Part shown: positions 25,767-31,680 of the stretch, piece by piece | Position numbering within the stretch: position 1 is the stretch's first letter | Layout of the letters: each line of letters opens with the position of its first letter | Virus record (IMG/VR): IMGVR_UViG_3300002546_000070 | Location: 1 to 31,680 of that record | Length of the DNA stretch: 31,680 nt | Direction: 5' to 3' (one strand) | Origin: a virus | Lineage: Duplodnaviria > Caudoviricetes | Translations under genes and position numbers: made by a program | The notes under the pieces: generated by a model | Databases searched by the model: none | Seen by the model: only the letters and a program-made list of their open reading frames with translations | What the model was told of the DNA's origin: nothing

Positions 25767-25837
25767 GCGAGTTTTCTCGCGTTATAAACCTTGCGCACAA
25801 AACACTGGTTACTCGCAAGGTTGCCAGTGTTTTGTGT
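25767..25837 (+). ncRNA. Structured 5' leader (hairpin + putative pseudoknot) of replication gene
   Basis: TGGTATAAT 25752-25760; GCGAG-TTTT-CTCGC; AACCTTGCG (25787-25795) complementary to CGCAAGGTT (25814-25822) in the 13-nt loop of a 15-bp stem. Confidence 0.55.
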
Positions 25838-25856
25838 AGCCTAACGATTAAACGAT

Positions 25857-26591
25857 ATGGCACAGAAGAGGATGTTCGATAGAGCTATCATCGACACCGA
25901 CAAGTTCATGGACTTGGGTCTTACATCTAAAGCGATGTACTTCCTACTTGGCATGGAAGCGGACGATGAAGGCTTTGTTTCATACAAAAAGGTCCTTCGC
26001 ATTCACGGAGGAAATGAGGACGATGTAAAGGTATTGATAGCGAAAGGCTTCTTGATTGCTTTTCCTAGTGGGGTGGTAGTTATTACCGACTGGAACGCAA
26101 ACAACTACCTCGACAAGAACCGATTACGACCAACTGAGTACGTTCAAGAGAAGCAAATGCTCGGCTTGACGGATTCCAAGCGGTATGTGTTAAACGATGG
26201 TTTAACAACGGTTCAACCAGAGGAGAGGAGTATAGAGGAGAAGAGAGTAGTACAGAAGGAAGACGCTCGGTCGGTTTTCGGTGAAATGAAGAACGTGAAG
26301 CTCACTGCTGAGGAGTACGAAAAGCTTGCAACCCGCTATGGCCGTTCGGCTACCAACCAACTAATCGAAGAACTCTCAACCTACATGGCCGCGCAGAACA
26401 AGCGGTACTCCAGCCACTACGCCACCCTTCTCAACTGGGCCAAGCGGAAAGGCACTGTGGAACTCAAGCCCCCAGTCGTGAACCAATCAGTGAAGGAAGC
26501 ATCTGAGGTGACAGCGCAGGACCTTGCTTCAACAGCCAACCTTAGAAGTAAGGTCCGCCAAAACCTGCCGTTCCTGGGAACTCAAGCCTGA
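25857..26591 (+). CDS. Phage replisome organiser / replication initiator
   Basis: MAQKRMFDRAIIDTDKFMDL...YFLLGMEADDEGFV; C-terminal NVKLTAEEYEKL...YSSHYATLLNW. Confidence 0.85.
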   Translation: MAQKRMFDRAIIDTDKFMDLGLTSKAMYFLLGMEADDEGFVSYKKVLRIHGGNEDDVKVLIAKGFLIAFPSGVVVITDWNANNYLDKNRLRPTEYVQEKQMLGLTDSKRYVLNDGLTTVQPEERSIEEKRVVQKEDARSVFGEMKNVKLTAEEYEKLATRYGRSATNQLIEELSTYMAAQNKRYSSHYATLLNWAKRKGTVELKPPVVNQSVKEASEVTAQDLASTANLRSKVRQNLPFLGTQA

Positions 26592-26646
26592 CTTCCAAAC
26601 ACTTTCACGATTCAACCGCTTTCAGAATCAAAAATATCCAGCAATA

Positions 26647-26671
26647 AGATCCCCTGACAGGGGGATTTTTT
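26647..26671 (+). terminator. Terminator hairpin overlapping the RBS of the next gene
   Basis: ATCCCCT-GACA-GGGGGAT followed by T run and GTG start at 26672. Confidence 0.6.
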
Positions 26672-27598
26672 GTGCCGATTACCAACACCGCCGAAGCTAT
26701 CGCCGTCGCTACCGAGCATCTTCACGAGCTGTCAGGCCACGTATTCGACCTCCTTACCGTCACCAAGCCCATCAGCTCAGACGCAGCGGTCAATCTGTCG
26801 AAGGTGGTATCGAAGCTCTCTCCCCTTCTCGGCAACCTCATCGAGTTCAACACGGTGGAGTTCCTCAACGACCAGGAGGACTTCAAGAACATCGGCAATT
26901 GGCGTCGCCAAGACCCAGGCTTTCCCGACGCCGTGTTCGACGGCATCGACCCGACGCCAGGATTCGAAATCAAGGCATGGTTTCCGCTGGCGACTGAAAT
27001 CACCGCCCGCTTCAAGGACAGCCAGAACCACTTCACCGACGACAACACCCACGTCTGTATGCTGGCGTGGCTCCCGGAACACATCATCTACGGAAAGCCG
27101 TACATCCTCGACGTGGTGGTGGTATCCGGTGGCTCAGTCGCCAAGTCCCGCGATGACCACTATCACAACCCGCCCGACTATCTGGTGCTTGAGCCGGAGG
27201 ACACGACCGCTCGCACCCGCAATCTCCAACAGACAAACACCAACGGCTACAAGCTCCAGACCATCGACCCTGCCCAGGTAGCGGAAGCGGAGGGTATCGT
27301 GCGCTCATGGGGAGCAGGCGGACGCACGTACCAACCGACTCCCGAGTATCAACATCAGCTTCGCGAGTTACTTAATCGCTACAATTACCGCTTGGATACC
27401 AATTACGCGAAGATGGACAGGATTGTTCACGCGGAGCTGGAGGCGTTCAAGACGCGTGTCGGCAACACCGTGGTTCACGGCCTTACCGTTCGTCAGTGGG
27501 AGCGGTTGTTCCGTTCGACCGACGAAGCGCACATCAAGCAGGTACTCAGCCAGCGCCTCAACATCACAGACGGAGACGCAGAGGAGCTTCTTGTTTGA
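26672..27598 (+). CDS. Putative PD-(D/E)xK type II restriction endonuclease
   Basis: GNLIE helix, QDPGFPD...GFEIKAW; convergent with a DNA methyltransferase. Confidence 0.65.
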   Translation: MPITNTAEAIAVATEHLHELSGHVFDLLTVTKPISSDAAVNLSKVVSKLSPLLGNLIEFNTVEFLNDQEDFKNIGNWRRQDPGFPDAVFDGIDPTPGFEIKAWFPLATEITARFKDSQNHFTDDNTHVCMLAWLPEHIIYGKPYILDVVVVSGGSVAKSRDDHYHNPPDYLVLEPEDTTARTRNLQQTNTNGYKLQTIDPAQVAEAEGIVRSWGAGGRTYQPTPEYQHQLRELLNRYNYRLDTNYAKMDRIVHAELEAFKTRVGNTVVHGLTVRQWERLFRSTDEAHIKQVLSQRLNITDGDAEELLV

Positions 27599-28646
27599 GA
27601 CGGTCCACCCCATAGTGGAAGTACGTCGGGTCCAGTTCAGCGCCAAAGGATTTGATACCCAGCTCCCGCGCCGCCACTGACGCAGAGAACAGCCCACCAA
27701 ACGGCTCCCAGACAACACCACCAGGCGTAGTGGACGCTTCAATGATGCGTGTCATCAAGTCCAAGGGCTTTTGGTTGAGGTGAACAGCCTTGCCCGAGGT
27801 GCCGTTGGTCTTGATGCGCTCCGGTCCCTTGAGCGGTGGCCTTTGCCAGACGTTTGTCACGCCATGGGGGCAGTTGAAGGTGGTGCGTGTTTTCGCCCAC
27901 TCATCGCCGGTCATCGGCTTCACGCCATCGAGCGAGAAGTACGGGCGACCTTCCGGACGGCCATGCTCATTGGCATAGGCAACCATCTTCACGAACATCT
28001 CAATCGGCATCCAGTACCAAAGGTGACCTTGGTCCAGATACTTGCGCGTAGCGGCATCAGCGACGCCACAGGCCTTGTTCGATTCTCGCACCGGCAGACC
28101 AGTCCGCTTCCACTCTTTCAGCAACCAGTGCTTGAGTAGCTGGCCATCGATACGCGCTTCTTTGACGTACTGGACACACACCTCAGACACGACAGGGAAG
28201 CGGCGTATCTTTGCGGTGTTCACGTTGCCCGCGATATGCGCCATGCCCTTGTCCCAGATGTTGGCATTCACATACCGCCAACCGTGCTTCTCCAGCACAG
28301 GGTGAACCGCCGCCCAACCAATCTCAGAGTTCCAGAACCACAGCGCCGTTTGTGGTGTAGCTCGAGCTGACCAAGCAGCAACGTGCGCTTCGTACCACTC
28401 AGGCATACCCGTATGGTCCGAGGTATCACCTTCGAAGCCAAGCACACCATATGCGCCGTCAGAAACGATGCAGGTGGGAGTGTCCCAACTATCATAGTAG
28501 TCGAGACTGTTGCCCAGGTTCACCGTCGAAAGACCATCCGACCAGGAACCCTCAGTCGGTGCTTCATGCAGGGTTACTGATTTACCCCGACCGACGGTCG
28601 ATGTTGGTTCGCGCTTACGCTGCGCGGCTGCTACCGGCTCGCTCAT
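27564..28646 (-). CDS. Beta-class N6A/N4C DNA methyltransferase
   Basis: IVSDGAYG (DPPY variant), HLNQKP, VVWEPFGG, GAELDPTY; SD GAGGTG before ATG 28646. Confidence 0.85.
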   Translation of the reverse strand: MSEPVAAAQRKREPTSTVGRGKSVTLHEAPTEGSWSDGLSTVNLGNSLDYYDSWDTPTCIVSDGAYGVLGFEGDTSDHTGMPEWYEAHVAAWSARATPQTALWFWNSEIGWAAVHPVLEKHGWRYVNANIWDKGMAHIAGNVNTAKIRRFPVVSEVCVQYVKEARIDGQLLKHWLLKEWKRTGLPVRESNKACGVADAATRKYLDQGHLWYWMPIEMFVKMVAYANEHGRPEGRPYFSLDGVKPMTGDEWAKTRTTFNCPHGVTNVWQRPPLKGPERIKTNGTSGKAVHLNQKPLDLMTRIIEASTTPGGVVWEPFGGLFSASVAARELGIKSFGAELDPTYFHYGVDRLKQEAPLRLRL

Positions 28647-28730
28647 ATTCACCTCAATTGCTATGGAGCGAATACCACGACCCGCAGAACATTCCGTGTA
28701 CCGAGTGCGTGAGTCCGACGCAACAGAGAC

Positions 28731-29858
28731 CTACTGGCCAACGAGGAAAGCTTCCCATTCACCCAACAATGCCTTCCGCTTTTCCAGCCGGTCGCTTCGC
28801 TGATAGGCACCCACCACACCGCTATCGACCGCATGGCCGAGACACGCCTCTTTCGTCTCGTGGTCAGCCGTAGTGCATTCCTCAGCCCAGGTACGGAAGG
28901 TGGCGCGCAAGCCGTGGGGACGCGCCTCGTAGCCGTTCTCCCGCATGAACTTTGACATCGCCATATCGCTCATCGCTTTGCCGGTGGCAGTAGGGAAGAG
29001 CAGACCCGACTTCCCTTCGACCACAGCCAACGCTTCCGCCGTAAGCGGGACACGATGCTCACGGCCAGTCTTTGTCCGTTCCGGTGGGATGACCCACACA
29101 CCGTCCGTAATCTCATCGCTCGTCGCCAACCGCACTTCACTGGTGCGGGTACAGGTAAGCATGAGGAAACGCAGGGCTTGCGTGGAGAGCGAGGACTTAC
29201 CTTTGAGCCACTGATAAAACTTCGGCGCGTCCGCATACGGCAGAGAAGGAATATGCTCCGTCACATGGCGACGCTTCCCGAGAAGCGCTTTAGCTTTGAG
29301 CGGGGCTTGCAGGTCCACATTGAGACCGAGCGCCAACGCGTGCTGGAGCGTGAGGTTCAGCCGGTTCATGATCTTGCGCGCCGCTTCCGGCTTCGTATGC
29401 CACAGCGGTTCCAGGAGTTTGACCAATTCGTGCTGGTCCAGCTTCTCAATCGGGAGCTTCCCAATCTTCGGGAAGACATGGACGTTCATTGGCGACATCC
29501 AGCGCCCCGCCTTACCATCGCCCTTGAGTTCCGCCTGCTTGGCCTGAAAACAGCCCTCAACGGCCTTTTTGACCGTGAGGTGAGTGATGGGGACTTTTGC
29601 CCGCCTACGTTCCTCCAGCGGGTCCACAGCGTCCCTGACAGCCTTCCTAGCGTCCGATGCTTTGGCTCTCGCTTCCGCTATCGACACATCCGGCCACCGA
29701 CCCAGGCCCATCTCCCTGCGCTTGCCTTGCATGACCAAGCGCAATACCCAGCTCCCCCGAGCCTTGTCGCTCTTCCAAAGCCACAAGCCCTGACCATCAG
29801 CGTGCTTGCCGACTGGTAGGTTCTTTGCAGACAGAGCGGTGAGGGCGTTGGTTTTCAT
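28731..29858 (-). CDS. int: Prophage tyrosine integrase (P4-like with N-terminal arm-binding domain)
   Basis: HADGQGLWL, REMGLG.WP.VSIAEAR, CTRTSE, HGLR, LGH, AYQRSD; start trimmed to MKTNALT. Confidence 0.93.
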   Translation of the reverse strand: MKTNALTALSAKNLPVGKHADGQGLWLWKSDKARGSWVLRLVMQGKRREMGLGRWPDVSIAEARAKASDARKAVRDAVDPLEERRRAKVPITHLTVKKAVEGCFQAKQAELKGDGKAGRWMSPMNVHVFPKIGKLPIEKLDQHELVKLLEPLWHTKPEAARKIMNRLNLTLQHALALGLNVDLQAPLKAKALLGKRRHVTEHIPSLPYADAPKFYQWLKGKSSLSTQALRFLMLTCTRTSEVRLATSDEITDGVWVIPPERTKTGREHRVPLTAEALAVVEGKSGLLFPTATGKAMSDMAMSKFMRENGYEARPHGLRATFRTWAEECTTADHETKEACLGHAVDSGVVGAYQRSDRLEKRKALLGEWEAFLVGQ

Positions 29859-29879
29859 TCCACCCTTCATTCCACCTTT
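29856..29879. repeat. Tandem 12-bp repeat CATTCCACCCTT/CATTCCACCTTT, probable integrase arm-type sites
   Basis: Direct repeat between int start and att core. Confidence 0.55.
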
Positions 29880-29966
29880 TTCGATGCGCTGTCCAGCACT
29901 ATCATGCGTTGCTATGAGGAGGGAAACCGCAGACTTCTGCGACTTACGTTCAGCATGATTGGCAAT

Positions 29967-29998
29967 GAGGACTCGAACCGTGCCTCTTCTGGGCACCA
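29967..29998 (+). other. att site: 3' remnant of tRNA-Leu (CCTCTTCTGGGCACCA, 29983-29998) preceded by an inverted T-arm (GAGGACTCGAACC, 29967-29979)
   Basis: Matches my recollection of alphaproteobacterial tRNA-Leu(CAG) 3' ends (GGTTCGAGTCCTCTTCTGGGCACCA); flanked by two divergent integrases. Confidence 0.75.
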
Positions 29999-30216
29999 TT
30001 TTTCAATCCCACAACATCCCGAAAGGGTCGACAAAACGTTAGAAATCTGCCATTTTTTGCCCTCACCGATCCCGGAAAGTGTCAGTCGATTTCAGGCAAT
30101 CCGGGGCCATGAAGTGCCATACTAGGGGCGATATGGCCCCGCGCAAAATTTGATGGCCCCATGACCCCGATCCGCCCTCGCTGTTCCTTTCCCGGAACTG
30201 ATGAGGAGACTCGACC

Positions 30217-31429
30217 TTGGCGCTTAAAGATCTTCAAATCCGGAACATCCGTCCGACCGACAAAGTGACCCAGCACACGGATGACCGTGGCCTCTATCTG
30301 GAGGTTCATCCGAACGGATCGAAACTGTGGCGCTATAAATACCGCTACATGGGTAAGCAGAAGCGACTGGCACTTGGCCGATATCCCGATGTCGGGCTGG
30401 CCGAGGCGCGGAAGCGTCGCGACGATGCTCGCAGGCAGTTGGAAGCCGGGACCGATCCGCTGGCCGAACGCAAGCACGAGAAGTTGGTTGCCGTGTTCAA
30501 AGCCGCCAACACCTTTGGCGAGATCGCCAAGGAGTATATCGACAAGCAGGTGGCCCAGGGCCAGGCAGATACCACGACGCAGAAGGCCAACTGGCTGCTG
30601 GAGCAATTGGACCCCATCGCGGCACGACCAGTGGCGGACCTCAAGCCCATCGACGTGCTGGCCGCACTCAAGCGGATCGAGGCGAAGGGCAAGCATGAAA
30701 CTGCCCGACGTTGCCGATCCTTTGCTGGGCGTGTCTTTCGCTATGCCGTCGCCACAGGGCGCGGCGAGAGCGATCCCAGCTCGATCCTGCGCGGGGCGCT
30801 GGTCGTGCCGAAGGTCAAGCATCATGCGGCGATCCTTGATCCCAAACAGATGGGCGAGCTTTTGCGCGCGATAGATGCCTATTCCGGCCATGCGATCACG
30901 CGCTTGGCCATGCAGGTTTCACCCCACGTCATGGCGCGGCCCGGCGAATTGCGCATGGCGGAATGGTCGGAGTTCGACCTCGAAAAAGCAGTCTGGAAAA
31001 TTCCCGAGAGCGCATGAAGATGCGCCGCCCCCATGAGGTTCCCCTGTCTCGGCAGGTGCTGGCCTATCTGGACGAGTTGTTCGCGCTGACTGGGCCGGAC
31101 GGCTATGTCTTTCCGGCGTTCCACACGTCGCGGCGTCCGCTCAGCGAAAACACCGTAAATCAGTCATTCCGGCGGATGGGTTATGCCGTGGGCGAAGTGA
31201 CGGCGCACGGGCTGCGGACCACCGCCTCGACCCTGCTCAACGAAAGCGGCAAATGGTCCCCGGACGCCATCGAGCGGTCACTTGCCCATGCCGACGCCAA
31301 CAGCATTCGCGGCGTTTACAACCGGGGCGCTATTGGGACGAACGCGTCGCTATGCACCAATGGTGGAGCGACCATCTCGACATGCTTCGCGAGGGTGCGG
31401 CCGTTTTGCCGTTCAACCGATCGGCATGA
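30217..31429 (+). pseudogene. int: P4-family tyrosine integrase with two single-base deletions (~31006, ~31328); pseudogene or sequencing errors
   Basis: Repairing both gives ...WKIPxERMKMRRPHEVPLS...HGLRTTAS...LAH...YNRGxYWDERVAMHQWWSDHLD...*; 1213+2 nt = 405 codons. Confidence 0.85.
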
Positions 31430-31458
31430 ACTCCGCAACACGGCGAGGCTGGTCCAGC

Positions 31459-31680
31459 CTAATCGAAGTCAAACTTGTTCGGGGCTTTGGCAACCCGGTA
31501 ACGAGGCGGATTGGCAACCCAGCGGTTGACCTCGGCTTCGCTCCAGCCCGCGCCATGAACGCTGATCGGTATCTGCGGCGGGAAAGTTCCTTCGGCGATC
31601 TTGCGATAGACGGTCGAGCGCGAGAGGCCTGTGCGGTGCAGGACAGTCTTGAGGCGGATGATGCGGTCTGGTTCTGGCAT
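31459..31680 (-). CDS. alpA: AlpA-family transcriptional regulator/excisionase
   Basis: IIRLKTVLHRTGLSRSTVYRKIAEGTFP..I.I....GWSEAEV..W. Confidence 0.9.
   Translation of the reverse strand: MPEPDRIIRLKTVLHRTGLSRSTVYRKIAEGTFPPQIPISVHGAGWSEAEVNRWVANPPRYRVAKAPNKFDFD

Larger units (their letters stand above)
1..29998. mobile_element. Temperate tailed prophage (siphovirus-like), right portion; left end outside window
   Basis: Ordered terminase-portal-protease-capsid-head/tail-TMP-lysis-replication modules, ending in a tyrosine integrase next to a tRNA 3' remnant. Confidence 0.93.
29999..31680. mobile_element. Start of a second integrative island at the same tRNA site
   Basis: Integrase directed away from the tRNA 3' end, ATGGCCCC repeats near 30133/30153, alpA; higher GC and abundant GATC. 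Confidence 0.75.

Noticed and set aside
1-29998. CI-type repressor with S24 peptidase domain
   Set aside because: None recognisable in the window; it may lie left of position 1, so absence is not claimed
28731-29999. 422-aa integrase start at 29999 given by the ORF track
   Set aside because: The extension runs through the att site and arm repeats; family-like sequence begins at MKTNALT (29858)
29941-30000. Intact tRNA gene
   Set aside because: Only the 3' 16 nt and an inverted T-arm are present; no D-arm or anticodon arm
30198-30216. Hammerhead-like core CTGATGA
   Set aside because: No GAAA after the stem; the sequence is better explained as the integrase SD (GAGGAG)
22-31529. Many antisense or alternate-frame ORFs (e.g. 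22-261, 1715-2041, 24433-24972, 26670-27281, 29055-29819, 30082-30891)
   Set aside because: Shadows of better-supported genes, with no motifs or initiation signals

Overview
Positions 1-~29980 are the right-hand ~30 kb of an apparently near-intact temperate siphovirus-type prophage; its left end lies outside the window. In order it carries accessory cassettes, an HNH endonuclease, terminase, a portal fused to a Mu gpF-like domain, protease, capsid, putative head-decoration genes, head-tail and tail genes (with a -1 frameshift chaperone), lysis genes, small early genes, a RusA-like resolvase, a replisome organiser, a convergent restriction-modification-like pair and a tyrosine integrase. It ends at a 3' remnant of tRNA-Leu (CCTCTTCTGGGCACCA). 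After that comes a second, GC-richer alphaproteobacterial-type island with a twice-frameshifted P4-like integrase and an alpA gene. The most striking signals are regulatory. (i) At least a dozen core phage genes have their own, usually extended, -10 box (TGnTAYAMT-like) 6-9 nt before the start codon and no Shine-Dalgarno, which implies leaderless or nearly leaderless mRNAs, whereas accessory cassettes carry strong SDs. (ii) Two unrelated 5' leaders share the same hairpin-plus-pseudoknot architecture. (iii) Two tandem ORF-less small-RNA units are present, one carrying an anti-SD/anti-AUG tract. (iv) GATC is strongly avoided in the prophage but not in the adjacent island. (v) The att junction contains an inverted tRNA T-arm. 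All calls come from reading motifs by eye; no searches were run.
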